Positions 47,284 through 56,906 of a stretch of 64,000 nt of DNA are shown one piece after another. Source of the stretch: Terrimicrobiaceae bacterium. GTDB taxonomy: Bacteria; Verrucomicrobiota; Verrucomicrobiia; Chthoniobacterales; Terrimicrobiaceae. Location of the stretch: assembly GCA_041752695.1 (NCBI GenBank), contig JBGSVZ010000009.1:32001-96000 (forward strand), in the 5' to 3' direction. The translations under genes and the position numbers were made by a program. Position 1 is the stretch's first letter; every line of letters starts with the position of its first letter. The notes under the pieces were generated by a model. It saw only the letters and a program-made list of their open reading frames with translations, had not been told where the DNA came from and searched no databases.

Positions 47284-47371
47284 GGTCGGCAAATGGTTGG
47301 CTTTCCTATGTTGGACCGCCGGAAAGGCGGGTACGGAGTAGGGTCAGACTGATTTCCGGCCGGGGCGGAAC

Positions 47372-48565
47372 TTACAAATCTTCGGGTTTATTAAACAACT
47401 CCGCAATGCGACGGAGCAAACGCCCGGCGGCGCCGCCGTCGAGGACGCGGTGGTCGAAACTTAGGGTCAGCGAGGCTTCGGTAATGGGGACAAAGGCTTT
47501 CTCCGTCGCGTCCCAGTGGGGCACGATCTGGCCCGCGCCCATGCCAAGGAGGAGGGTTTGTTCGGGCAGCGGAATGGGAGTGGCCATGGTGAGGCCGAAG
47601 ACGCCGTAATTCGTGATCGTCGCGATGGAGCCGCCGGTGTCGCCCGGCGAAAGGCGGCGGCGGCGGGCGAGTTCGACGAGGCGGTCGTACCGTTCGATGA
47701 GATCGGCGAGGACAAATTGGTCGGCGTTGCGAATGACGGGGACCAAAACTCCGTCGTCAGCTTCGACGGCAAAGCCGATATCGATGGAGCGCGGGTGAAT
47801 GATGCGGTCGCCGATGAGGCGGCCGGCGGGGGCGCTGTTTTCCGAAAGGGCCATGGCGAGGGCGCGCAGACCGTAAAGGGCGGGGCCGGCTTTGTGCGGG
47901 GCCTGAGCGCGGCGGTGGGCCAGCATAGCGTCGAGGCGCACGGGAAGAACGACGGTGGCGAGCGGACGGGTCGCGCTGCGGCGCATGGCGTCAGCCACGG
48001 CCACACGCATGGTGGAGGCCGGAGTGATGCGATTGCGTTCGAGGTCTTCGAGAAATTTTTCGAGGTCCTCGATGGTAACCCTTCCGGCGGCTCCGCTGCC
48101 GGCGATGCCGGCGAGATCGGCGGCGTGGAGGCCGAGTTCGCTCATGCGCGCTTTCATACGCGGGGAAAGGTAACTCGCGCCGGCGGCGTGGGCGGGCACA
48201 GGGAGGCCTTTGACGGTGGGCTCGACCTGCTGCGGCGCGGCGGGGGCGGCGTGGCGTTTGGGTTCCTTTTTGCGGGGTTTTTCGACGGGAGTTTCGTCGA
48301 GACCGAGGCTGCGGGCGTCCTCATCGCTCACTTCAATGTAGCCGAGCACCGCGCCGACGGGGTAGCTCTCGCCTTCCTTGGCGAGGATCTCACAAAGTTT
48401 GCCCGCGCAGGGAGAGGTGACGCCCATCACGGCTTTGTTGGTCTCGACTTCGAGGAGGTCCTTGTCGGCCTCAATGGTATCTCCTTCCGCAAAAAGGAAC
48501 TTCACAATTGTCGCCTCGGCGATGGATTCGCCGAGCTGGGGCATCGAAATGGGGACCTGGGCCAT
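47372..48565 (-). CDS. 2-oxoacid dehydrogenase E2 (dihydrolipoamide acyltransferase)
   Basis: MPQLGESI, EVETNKA lipoyl lysine, GSGAAGRVTIEDL binding domain and SFDHRVLDG. Confidence 0.92.
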   Translation of the reverse strand: MAQVPISMPQLGESIAEATIVKFLFAEGDTIEADKDLLEVETNKAVMGVTSPCAGKLCEILAKEGESYPVGAVLGYIEVSDEDARSLGLDETPVEKPRKKEPKRHAAPAAPQQVEPTVKGLPVPAHAAGASYLSPRMKARMSELGLHAADLAGIAGSGAAGRVTIEDLEKFLEDLERNRITPASTMRVAVADAMRRSATRPLATVVLPVRLDAMLAHRRAQAPHKAGPALYGLRALAMALSENSAPAGRLIGDRIIHPRSIDIGFAVEADDGVLVPVIRNADQFVLADLIERYDRLVELARRRRLSPGDTGGSIATITNYGVFGLTMATPIPLPEQTLLLGMGAGQIVPHWDATEKAFVPITEASLTLSFDHRVLDGGAAGRLLRRIAELFNKPEDL

Positions 48566-48597
48566 GGGAAGTAAAAGTGAAGGTGAACGTGGAGCGG

Positions 48598-49560
48598 TTA
48601 GGCTTGGAGGAGGCTGCGCGTGGCGGTGACGATGGCGCTGGCGGTCGGCCGGTGGGCCGACCAGAGATCGGGGTGATAAGGCACGGGAGTGTCCTTGGCA
48701 TTGAGGCGCTGCGGCGGGGCGTCGAGCAAAGCAAATCCCTCCGCGCAAACCCGCGCAACCACTTCGGCGGCAACCCCACCCCACGGCCAGGCTTCGCTCA
48801 CGCAGAGCAGGCGGCCGGTGCGGGCCACGGAGGCCAGGATGGTGTCGGTGTCGAGGGGTTTCACCGTGCGCAGGTCGATGACTTCGATTTCGTAACCGTC
48901 CTCCACCAGCTCTTTGGCGGCGAGGAGGGACTCGTGGACCATCGCGCCATAACTCACAATGGTGGCGTCACGGCCATGGCGGGCCACGCGGGCCTTGCCG
49001 GCCGGGAGGGACTCGGTGGGGAGTTTTTCCGCCTTGAGGTGGTTGTAAAGGAGCTTGTGCTCGCAGAAGAGCACAGGGTCGTCGATGGCGACGGCCTCAA
49101 TCAGCATGCTGTAGGCGTCTTCCACGGTGGCGGGGGTCATGACGATGAGCCCGGGATAGGTGGCGTAGAGGGCCTCCATACTCTGGCTGTGAAACGGACC
49201 CGCGCCGGCTGTGCCGCCGGAGGGCAGGCGCACGACGATGGGACACGGAACCTCTGTGCGGTAAAAGAGCGTGGCGGCCTGGTTGACGATCTGGTTGAGC
49301 CCGCAGGTGGAAAAATCGGCAAACTGCATCTCGACAATGGGCCGCATGCCTTCAATGGCGGCGCCGATGGCCACACCGACAATCGCGTCCTCGCTGATGG
49401 GTGCGTCAAGGACGCGGTCGGGATAAGCGGCGGCAAGGCCCTCGGTGACCTTAAAAGCGCCCCCGAAGGAGCCGACGTCCTGCCCGTAAATAAAAACCCG
49501 GGGGTCATCGGCCAGGAGTTTGGCCATGGCGGCCGTGAGAGCTTCCTTGTAGGTGATCAT
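48598..49560 (-). CDS. 2-oxoacid dehydrogenase E1 beta subunit
   Basis: GQDVG..GGAF, DAPISE, EMQFADF, FHSQ and IDLRTVKPLD. Confidence 0.93.
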   Translation of the reverse strand: MITYKEALTAAMAKLLADDPRVFIYGQDVGSFGGAFKVTEGLAAAYPDRVLDAPISEDAIVGVAIGAAIEGMRPIVEMQFADFSTCGLNQIVNQAATLFYRTEVPCPIVVRLPSGGTAGAGPFHSQSMEALYATYPGLIVMTPATVEDAYSMLIEAVAIDDPVLFCEHKLLYNHLKAEKLPTESLPAGKARVARHGRDATIVSYGAMVHESLLAAKELVEDGYEIEVIDLRTVKPLDTDTILASVARTGRLLCVSEAWPWGGVAAEVVARVCAEGFALLDAPPQRLNAKDTPVPYHPDLWSAHRPTASAIVTATRSLLQA

Positions 49561-50573
49561 GCGTCGGCAAAATTATCCTGGAGCCTCGTCTCGGAAATGG
49601 CGCACCATTCTTCCTCGTTAGGGTCGGGGGTGGGTTCGCGCCGCACTTTCATGGCGGTTTCGTCCACCTCTTCCTTCGCCTCCGTTCGCCAGGCGGCGAT
49701 CTCATCGGCAGTCGCCCAGGTTTCTTCGAGGATAAATTCCTCGGCCACCTGGAGGCAGTCGCGTCCGACCGGGGCGGCCTTGAGTTTTTCGTCCATGTAT
49801 TTGCCCGGGTCGTGTTCGGCATGGCCGACGAGACGCAGGAGGTCCCCGATAATCATCTGCGGGCCGCCGCCTTCGCGCGCGGCTTTGATCGCGCCGCCCA
49901 CGACGGACAGGCACGCGCCAAGATCGGTTCCATCCACGCGGTGACCGGCGACGCCGTAGCCGGCCGCCTTGTCGAGCAGGTCGGCGCAGGCAAACTGGCG
50001 CGTGTTCGGCGTGGAGTAGGCGTATTGGTTGTTGGCGATGACCAGGACGAGGGGAAGTTTTTCCACCGCGGCGACATTGAGGCCCTCGTGAAATGCCCCG
50101 GTTGAAGTGCCCCCGTCGCCGATGCAGGTGGCTCCGACCACGCCGGTTTCGCCCCGCATGCGGCGGGCCATGAGGGCGCCGGCGACGACGGGGATCATAG
50201 CGCCAAGGTGGCTAATCATGGCGTAATACCCCTCGCGCGGACGGCCCCGGTGGATATTGCCGTCGCGGCCGCGCATCGAGCCGAGTTGGGATCCGAGATA
50301 GGTGCGCAGGGTGTCGAGGACGGTGTCGCCAAAGGCCATGCGTCCGGCCTGGTCGCGGATGAGCGGCGCAAAAATATCGCCCTTGTGCAAATGAAAGCCC
50401 ACCGAGGTGCTGAGGGCCTCCTGACCACGGCCCAGGAAGACGCCGCCAGTGATCAGGCCGGCGCGATAGAGGCTGGCGAGTTTTTCCTCAAGAGTCCGGG
50501 CGAGGAGCATCACCCGGAAGGCTTTCAAGTATTCGGTGCGTGTGGGGCCGGAGGACCGGCTGGCGGAAGACAT
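49557..50573 (-). CDS. 2-oxoacid dehydrogenase E1 alpha subunit
   Basis: GQEA; TPP motif GDGGTSTGAFHEGLN...NNQYA; RLVGH. Confidence 0.93.
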   Translation of the reverse strand: MSSASRSSGPTRTEYLKAFRVMLLARTLEEKLASLYRAGLITGGVFLGRGQEALSTSVGFHLHKGDIFAPLIRDQAGRMAFGDTVLDTLRTYLGSQLGSMRGRDGNIHRGRPREGYYAMISHLGAMIPVVAGALMARRMRGETGVVGATCIGDGGTSTGAFHEGLNVAAVEKLPLVLVIANNQYAYSTPNTRQFACADLLDKAAGYGVAGHRVDGTDLGACLSVVGGAIKAAREGGGPQMIIGDLLRLVGHAEHDPGKYMDEKLKAAPVGRDCLQVAEEFILEETWATADEIAAWRTEAKEEVDETAMKVRREPTPDPNEEEWCAISETRLQDNFADA

Positions 50574-50627
50574 TGCTCTAGAAATACGGGAGCGCCGCGG
50601 GCGCTGCAATTCTTTCGTGCAAGGAGC

Positions 50628-50984
50628 TCAATGGGTCGGGATGACCTTGAAGAGCATAAACACGATGACGCCCAGCACAATCAGCCAGCCAAAAGTCTTG
50701 AGCTGGGTGATCCAGCGCTCACGACGCGGCGTGCGCAGGGTACGGTTGCGGGGCGCACGGCCGCGTTTGCCTCCGCTGCGACCGACATAGGGCGAGATGG
50801 CAGGACCGGCGTTGGTGGCCTGACGTTTACGCTGCTCGGCTTCCTGTTCGGCCAGCACGGCAGGCAGGCGCTCCAGGCGGACCTTGAGTTCCTGTTGTTT
50901 GCGCAAGAGTTCATTGCGCTGTTGTTCGAGCAGGCGTTCTTCGGCGGAAATGCGACCCGCTTTGGAACCGGACGGTCTGGCCAT
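50628..50984 (-). CDS. Hypothetical coiled-coil protein with C-terminal TM helix
   Basis: EQQRNELLRKQQEL coiled coil, Arg-rich linker, terminal hydrophobic helix. Confidence 0.7.
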   Translation of the reverse strand: MARPSGSKAGRISAEERLLEQQRNELLRKQQELKVRLERLPAVLAEQEAEQRKRQATNAGPAISPYVGRSGGKRGRAPRNRTLRTPRRERWITQLKTFGWLIVLGVIVFMLFKVIPTH

Positions 50985-50985
50985 G

Positions 50986-51603
50986 TTATCGAGGCGCCAG
51001 GGAAAGCGCCCAAATCACCAAGCCGATGATCACGAGAATCTGCAGCGGGAGAGTGAAGGCAAACCCGCTTTTCAGCCAATAGACAAATCCATGTTCCTCG
51101 GCGTAGCCATATTCGGAATCGTAGGAAGCGGGCGCGGCGGCGGGTGCGGATTCCGAAGGGGAAGCCACGGAAATCTTCGCCTGGGCCTTGCTGTAGTCGG
51201 CCCGGGCGTCCTCGACCAGGCTGAGGGCCTTGCTGAGTTCCATGGGAAGTTCCGCCGTGCCCCAGAGTTTGGGATTGATGGAATCGACGTGGCGCAAGTG
51301 CTGGACGAACGAATTGTGAATGGCGTTGAGCTGCTCGAGGCGTTTCTGAGCTTCGTCGGTCTCGCGCTCCACCGTGACCATCGAGCGGGTGAGCTTGTCG
51401 AGCATGTCGGCGCGCCCGTTTTCCAACTCATCCTGGCGACGCTTCAGTTCTTCGAGACGAACCTTCTGTTTTTCGATATCCTCAAGCTGCCGCTTGAGCT
51501 TTTCCAACTCCGTGTTGGTCTTCTGGACCTCCTCACCGAGATCCTCGGCATTTTCCTCCAAATCGAGGTAGGGGTCCGGGTCTTTGCGTAAATCCGATGG
51601 CAT
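50986..51603 (-). CDS. Hypothetical coiled-coil protein with C-terminal TM helix
   Basis: Long heptad-rich region; ends GFAFTLPLQILVIIGLVIWAL. Confidence 0.75.
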   Translation of the reverse strand: MPSDLRKDPDPYLDLEENAEDLGEEVQKTNTELEKLKRQLEDIEKQKVRLEELKRRQDELENGRADMLDKLTRSMVTVERETDEAQKRLEQLNAIHNSFVQHLRHVDSINPKLWGTAELPMELSKALSLVEDARADYSKAQAKISVASPSESAPAAAPASYDSEYGYAEEHGFVYWLKSGFAFTLPLQILVIIGLVIWALSLAPR

Positions 51604-51681
51604 AACAGTCGAGCGCTGAGGAATATCTAATTCGCCCAAAGGAAAATTCCAGCATTAAACTGCGCGCTGCGCGCGAAACTC

Positions 51682-51780
51682 TGAACGCCGAACGCTCAAA
51701 GCTGAATTCTGAAGTGGGGAAGGAACGTCGCCCGTCCAACTTGGGCGTTCAACGTTCGACGTTCAGCGTTCGACGTTTGA
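51682..51780. repeat. Inverted arrays of degenerate heptamers (GAACGYY / RRCGTTC)
   Basis: gaacgccgaacgctc facing gcgttcaacgttcgacgttcagcgttcgacgtt. Confidence 0.7.
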
Positions 51781-51791
51781 GCGCGCCGCGC

Positions 51792-52961
51792 TCACCGCCC
51801 CGGCATCACTTCCACCAGGAGGCCCTTGAGATAGAAGGTTTCCGGCAGATGGAGCACGGCGGGATGGTCCGATGCCTGACCCATCCGTTTGAGAATGCGG
51901 GCGGAGCGTTTGGCGTCGCCGAATCCCTCGGCAATTGAGGATTCAAATTCGTCCGCGGCCACATGGTGGGAGCAGGAAAACGTGGCCAGCAGCCCATGCG
52001 GGGCAAGCAAGCGGGCAGCGCGCATGTGCAACTCGCGGTACCCGCGCAGGGCATCCTTGATTTTCCCCCGCGCCTTGGTGAAGGACGGCGGATCGAGGAT
52101 GATCAGGTCGTATTGGGTCTCCCGGCGCATTTGTTCCGCCAGGAAGGAAAACACATCCTCCTCCACGGTTTCGATGGCGAGGCAGTTGAGCGCGGCGTTG
52201 TCGCGGAGCTTCTGCGCGCTATCCGCGCCGCTCTCCACCGCCACCACGTGGGAAGCCCCTTTCGCCGCGCAGGCGAGCGCGAATCCGCCCTGATTGGCAA
52301 AACAATCCAGCACCCGCAGACCCGCGGCCCGGGCGGCCACGATGGAATAGTTTTCCGCCTGATCGAGATACAAACCGGTCTTTTGGCCGCGCAAAAAATC
52401 CACCGAAAACCGGATGCCGTCCAAGGTCACTTCCCGAGGTCCAGGGTCCTCACCCGCCAACATGCCTGTCACGAGAGGCAACCCCTCCAGCGTCCGGATG
52501 GGAGCATCGTTGCGCTCCACCACATGGGCGACACCGGGTAAAGCCGCCAGCGCCTCCGCGATCACCGCCTTCCGCTGATCCATCGCGACGGTCAGGGTCT
52601 GCAATACCGCCACGTCGCCGTAGCGGTCCACGACCACACCGGGCACGCCGTCGGCCTCACTCCAAACGAGGCGGCAGAGGAGGGGATTGCAGCCGGCCCG
52701 TTCCCGCCACTCCGCCGCCTGGGCGATGCGGCGGGTGAAAAAATCCGCGTCGAGGTCCTGACGCCGTCGCGAGAACCGGCGCGCGACAATTTGCGACTGG
52801 CTATTGTAGATTGCTGATCCCAGCAGCTTGTCCCGCCCGTCTTTCAGCGAAATCACATCGCCATCGGCGGGGTTGCCGAAAACCTTCAGCACCTCACTGG
52901 AATACACCCAGTCGTGCCCGTGGAGGATACGGGCGCGTGGACGAATGATTAGACCGGCCAT
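51792..52961 (-). CDS. RlmI-like class I SAM-dependent rRNA methyltransferase
   Basis: HDWVY PUA domain, SEADGVPGVVVDRY, GQKTGLYLDQ, LDPPSF and TFSCS. Confidence 0.9.
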   Translation of the reverse strand: MAGLIIRPRARILHGHDWVYSSEVLKVFGNPADGDVISLKDGRDKLLGSAIYNSQSQIVARRFSRRRQDLDADFFTRRIAQAAEWRERAGCNPLLCRLVWSEADGVPGVVVDRYGDVAVLQTLTVAMDQRKAVIAEALAALPGVAHVVERNDAPIRTLEGLPLVTGMLAGEDPGPREVTLDGIRFSVDFLRGQKTGLYLDQAENYSIVAARAAGLRVLDCFANQGGFALACAAKGASHVVAVESGADSAQKLRDNAALNCLAIETVEEDVFSFLAEQMRRETQYDLIILDPPSFTKARGKIKDALRGYRELHMRAARLLAPHGLLATFSCSHHVAADEFESSIAEGFGDAKRSARILKRMGQASDHPAVLHLPETFYLKGLLVEVMPGR

Positions 52962-52971
52962 AACGAGAGCT

Positions 52972-53014
52972 GGAAACGAAACGTCCCGCGTCCGGCGACT
53001 GCCGGACCGGGACG
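52972..53014 (-). terminator. Intrinsic terminator after acpP
   Basis: Long GC stem CGTCCCG-GTCCGGC(AGTC)GCCGGAC-G-CGGGACG followed by TTTCGTTT on the minus strand. Confidence 0.65.
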
Positions 53015-53040
53015 CAAACTTTTAAGAAGGGAAGCCGGAA

Positions 53041-53286
53041 TTACTTCTGGCTGCGCTCTTCGATGTATTTGATGACATCGCCGACGGACTGCAATTTTTC
53101 GGCGTCTTCATCGGGAACTTCCACACCGAACTCTTCTTCGAAAGCCATAACGAGCTCGACGGTGTCGAGGGAGTCGGCTCCGAGGTCCTCGATGAACGAG
53201 GCGGTCGGGGTGACCTGTTCAGGGTTCACACCCAATTGTTCGACGATGATGTCTTTGACTTTTTCTTCAATGGATTTTTCGGACAT
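53041..53286 (-). CDS. acpP: Acyl carrier protein
   Basis: [20 protein letters not shown]. Confidence 0.97.
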   Translation of the reverse strand: MSEKSIEEKVKDIIVEQLGVNPEQVTPTASFIEDLGADSLDTVELVMAFEEEFGVEVPDEDAEKLQSVGDVIKYIEERSQK

Positions 53287-53453
53287 GGTGGGTAGTTGGT
53301 TAAAGGTGAGCGTAGGACTAGAGCCCATGTTGCCCTTTGGCAACAAATAATTTAGCGGGCTGCGAGGGCTCGCAAAATTGCGGATTTCTGGTCAAGGTCA
53401 AGTGGAAAAAAGCGGATCGCGCGCCGAGCCTTTCGCGGATGTATCGCGGGCGA

Positions 53454-54155
53454 CTAGGGCTGGGGGGTGATGGGTTTCACCGAGATGTATTCCGGATATC
53501 CGGCAATGTCGGCCTGCACATTGTACGTCTGGCCGGGCTTGAGATCCCGGGTGGGGATTTTTTCCCGATATTCGATGCGCTCCTTGGGATTGAGGATGAC
53601 GATGCCCTCCTGCGGTTTAAACGCCCGGTCTTCCGACCAGCGATTGACCACTTTGCCTTCGGCATCGGTCGTGACGATTTCGATGCGCTGACTGGTCGGA
53701 TAGTCGAGACGGATGAGTTGGCCGGTATTGTTGCGCAGGGTGTAAATGCCTTCGACCTCCCGTCGGTCGGTGAGGGAAAATGTTGGAGGTTCGATCGTGA
53801 GTTTTTCCGTGGTTTTGGTGGCTTGGAGACCACGCAGATTGACCGAGGCAAACATCTCGGTGAAAAATTTTCCCAGGATGGCAGTGGAGCTGTCGGGGCT
53901 GTTCTTCACCTTGGGGAAAGCCGCCAGCGAATTTTGCTCCGCCTGAATGGGGAGGTCCGTCCGGTTGGCCAGAAGTTTGGCGGCCTCGCGTTCCGCAAAA
54001 AACGGGCTGCCTTCATCCGGCTGGCTCACGGCAAACGCGGCGGCGGCCTGCTCCGTGGTGGGGGGCGGAGTGGCACGCGCGCCCGGGGCGGCAGTCTGGG
54101 CCAGCGCCCAGCCCGGCAGGGCGAGCGAAACAAACAGGACAAACGATTTCATCAC
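53454..54155 (-). CDS. Secreted protein with BsuPI-like Ig-fold domain
   Basis: Signal peptide; TLRNNTG...LDYPTSQRIEIV...RWSEDRAF pattern. Confidence 0.7.
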   Translation of the reverse strand: MMKSFVLFVSLALPGWALAQTAAPGARATPPPTTEQAAAAFAVSQPDEGSPFFAEREAAKLLANRTDLPIQAEQNSLAAFPKVKNSPDSSTAILGKFFTEMFASVNLRGLQATKTTEKLTIEPPTFSLTDRREVEGIYTLRNNTGQLIRLDYPTSQRIEIVTTDAEGKVVNRWSEDRAFKPQEGIVILNPKERIEYREKIPTRDLKPGQTYNVQADIAGYPEYISVKPITPQP

Positions 54156-54218
54156 GTTGTGGTGCTATCGCAGCCTTCCCGCAGTTGCAAATCCCTTCTC
54201 GCGAATTATGATCGGCCC

Positions 54219-54779
54219 ATGCTCCGCGTACTTCTCCTTTGCCTTCTCCCCCTTGCTCCACTTGTCGCCGGAGAAACGAAGAAGGGAAACGAAGTGATGA
54301 TCCATCTGTACACCGAGGGAGGAGAACACGAGGGACCAACTTTTGTTTCCCCGGTGGTGCTCCAGAATCCCCCCAAAAAAACCTTCATCCGCAAGGTGCC
54401 GATTGTGACACAAAATGATTTTTCTGCGTTCTACCCCTTCGCCGCGCCAGACGGCACGATTGGCTGCTACTTCAAACTCGACAACAACGGGACGCACAAA
54501 CTCCACCAGCACACCGTGGAAAAGCTGGACACTCTCGTGGTCGCCATGATCAACGGCCGCGTGGCCTGCGCCATGATGGTCGACAAGCAGATCAAGGACG
54601 GCGTCCTGCCCATTCCCTCCGGCTTCCTTCCCATTGAGGTCGCCCAGTTGCAAACCCAGTTCCCGATCATCGGCAAGGAAAAGGAATTCGAGGCCCAGAA
54701 AAAAAAGGCCCTCGCTGCCATCAAGGAATCGGAGAAGAATAAGCCCAAAGCCACCCCAGCGCCCAAGGAAGTCCCATGA
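54219..54779 (+). CDS. Secreted hypothetical protein resembling a SecD/SecF periplasmic head subdomain
   Basis: Signal peptide; FKLDNNGTHKL...LVVAMINGRVACAMMVDKQIKDG. Confidence 0.6.
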   Translation: MLRVLLLCLLPLAPLVAGETKKGNEVMIHLYTEGGEHEGPTFVSPVVLQNPPKKTFIRKVPIVTQNDFSAFYPFAAPDGTIGCYFKLDNNGTHKLHQHTVEKLDTLVVAMINGRVACAMMVDKQIKDGVLPIPSGFLPIEVAQLQTQFPIIGKEKEFEAQKKKALAAIKESEKNKPKATPAPKEVP

Positions 54780-55798
54780 TCCGCGCCCTCTGCACAGTCA
54801 TCGCCGCCCTTGCCATCAACAGCCTGCGCGCGGAACCCCTGGTGCAATTTCCGACGGAAAATCGCGCCCTCCTGGAGGGCCGGCCCCAGGATTTTTTCAT
54901 GTATGTGGATCGGGATTTTGAGGGCGAAAAAACGAAACCCTGGCAGGGCGGACAATACGGCTACGTGCGCGGCCCTCAGCGTTCCGGCGGCAAGATCGTT
55001 TACACCCATCTGCACGAGGGAATCGACATCGCCCCGGTCCGCCGCGATGCCGCGGGCAATCCGCTCGACGAGGTTCGCGCCGCCGCCAGCGGCCGTGTGG
55101 TTCATGTCAGCCTCCTTCCCGGCGCTTCAAATTACGGCCGCTACGTCGTAATCGAACACCAATGGGAAAACTCCCCGTGCTACACGCTTTACGCGCATCT
55201 CTCGACCATCTCCGTCCAGCCCGGCCAGACCGTGCGACAGGGCGAACCCATCGGAGTGATGGGTTTCACCGGAGCCGGCATCAACCGCGAGCGCTCCCAT
55301 GTCCACTTTGAAGTGTGCCTCCTCCTCAATAAAAATTACGACACTTGGCACGACGCCGTATTCCCCGGCAGCCCGAATAAACACGGGAACTTCAATGGCA
55401 TGAACCTCGTCGGGTTCGACCCTTCGAAGCTCCTTGTAGAGGCGAAAGCGAATCCCTCACTGACCATTTCCGACGCCGTGGCCACAAACGAAGCCGCCTT
55501 CAAGATTTCCGTGCGCAACACCCCGAACTTCGGCCTCGTCCGCACCTACCCCTGGCTGGTTTCTCCCGGCGAAATCGCCAACCCTCCGGCCTGGACCATT
55601 ACCTTCAACCGCCACGGCGCTCCGCTAAAAATTGAAGCCTCCCCCACTCCCGTGACCGAACCTGTCGCCACCTGGGTGCGCGACAGCGATCTGCCGGCCG
55701 CTGCCGCCACCAGGGGCCTGGTCGTCGGATCTTCCGCAGCTCCCCGCCTGTCCGATTCCGGCAAACGGTTCGCCCGCCTGCTCACCTGGCCGGATTGA
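54776..55798 (+). CDS. M23-family metallopeptidase
   Basis: HEGID, YGRYVVIEH, LYAHL and HVHFEV zinc motifs. Confidence 0.92.
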   Translation: MIRALCTVIAALAINSLRAEPLVQFPTENRALLEGRPQDFFMYVDRDFEGEKTKPWQGGQYGYVRGPQRSGGKIVYTHLHEGIDIAPVRRDAAGNPLDEVRAAASGRVVHVSLLPGASNYGRYVVIEHQWENSPCYTLYAHLSTISVQPGQTVRQGEPIGVMGFTGAGINRERSHVHFEVCLLLNKNYDTWHDAVFPGSPNKHGNFNGMNLVGFDPSKLLVEAKANPSLTISDAVATNEAAFKISVRNTPNFGLVRTYPWLVSPGEIANPPAWTITFNRHGAPLKIEASPTPVTEPVATWVRDSDLPAAAATRGLVVGSSAAPRLSDSGKRFARLLTWPD

Positions 55799-55843
55799 AG
55801 GTCGGCCAAAAGCTGACCACAAATGGTGCGACCACCAAATAAA

Positions 55844-55903
55844 TGTAGTCGCCTCGCTCTGTCGAGGCGTCCGGCGGCGCCCCAACGGAGTGGGGCGACT
55901 ACA
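55844..55903. repeat. GTAG-type REP doublet between convergent genes
   Basis: TGTAGTCGCC...GGCGACTACA ends with internal CGCCTCG/CGAGGCG palindrome. Confidence 0.82.
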
Positions 55904-55918
55904 GTCTGTCGGAATCGC

Positions 55919-56902
55919 TCAGCGGGGCTGGGCCAACGCTTCTTTGAGTACCGCCTCCGCAGTCACCCCCTCCGCCTCGCCCTCGAAATTCAAGATAATG
56001 CGATGCCGCAGGGCCGGCAGCACCCAGGCGTCGATGTCGTCTTTGGCCACATGGAAACGTCCGTCGAGTAGCGCGCTGATTTTGGCGCAGAGGATGAGGG
56101 CCTGGGCACCGCGGGGACTGGCCCCGTACCGGACGTATTTTTTGGCCAGCGGCACCGACTCCGCCCGATCTGGGTGGGTGGCCAGCACAAGCTGCACGGC
56201 ACGCGCCTCGATCTCCCGAACCACCGGCACCGAGCGCACAAGCTCCCGCAAGCCGGTGAGATTTTCCAATTTCACGGTCCCCACCTCCGGCGCGTGATCC
56301 CCAGTCGTGCGGGCGAGGATTTCGTGCAGATCGTCTGCGCCGGGATATTCCACTTGAAGCTTCAGAAGAAACCGGTCGAGCTGCGCTTCCGGCAAGGGAT
56401 ACGTGCCCTCCATCTCGATGGGATTTTGCGTCGCCAGGACAAGAAACGGCCGCTTCATGGTGTGCTGGACGCCAGCGACAGTGACATGGCGTTCCTGCAT
56501 GGCCTCAAGGAGCGCGCTCTGGGTTTTCGGCGTGGCGCGATTAATTTCGTCGGCGAGGAGGATGTTGGAAAACACCGGGCCGGGCTCGAATTGAAAGCGT
56601 TTCCGGCCATGCTCGTCCTCCACAATAAGGTTGGTGCCGATGATGTCGGAAGGCATGAGATCCGGGGTGAACTGAATGCGCGAAAAATCCAGCCCGGCCG
56701 CGCTGGCCAGGGTGCGCACGAGGGCGGTTTTTCCCAGACCGGGAGCGCCTTCAAGCAGTGCGTGGCCTTCGGCAAAAAAGGCGGTGAGCACGCCGTGGAT
56801 GATTTCGCTTTGTCCCACGAGGAAACTTTCCATCGCGGTGCGCAGGCTGTGAAAGGCCTCGCGAAATTCGGCGGCGTGGGATTCTACGGATTCGGTACTC
56901 AT
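55919..56902 (-). CDS. MoxR-family AAA+ ATPase
   Basis: GAPGLGKT, RIQFTPDLMPSD, ADEINRA and ATQNPIEMEGTYPLPEAQLDRF. Confidence 0.95.
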   Translation of the reverse strand: MSTESVESHAAEFREAFHSLRTAMESFLVGQSEIIHGVLTAFFAEGHALLEGAPGLGKTALVRTLASAAGLDFSRIQFTPDLMPSDIIGTNLIVEDEHGRKRFQFEPGPVFSNILLADEINRATPKTQSALLEAMQERHVTVAGVQHTMKRPFLVLATQNPIEMEGTYPLPEAQLDRFLLKLQVEYPGADDLHEILARTTGDHAPEVGTVKLENLTGLRELVRSVPVVREIEARAVQLVLATHPDRAESVPLAKKYVRYGASPRGAQALILCAKISALLDGRFHVAKDDIDAWVLPALRHRIILNFEGEAEGVTAEAVLKEALAQPR

Positions 56903-56906
56903 AATG

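Noticed and set aside
47372..50573. Gene symbols pdhABC or bkdA for the dehydrogenase cluster
   Set aside because: Substrate specificity cannot be determined by eye, and no E3 gene is adjacent.
53337..54218. 5' part of the 480-aa ORF
   Set aside because: Antisense to the BsuPI-like gene; the signal peptide starts at 54219.
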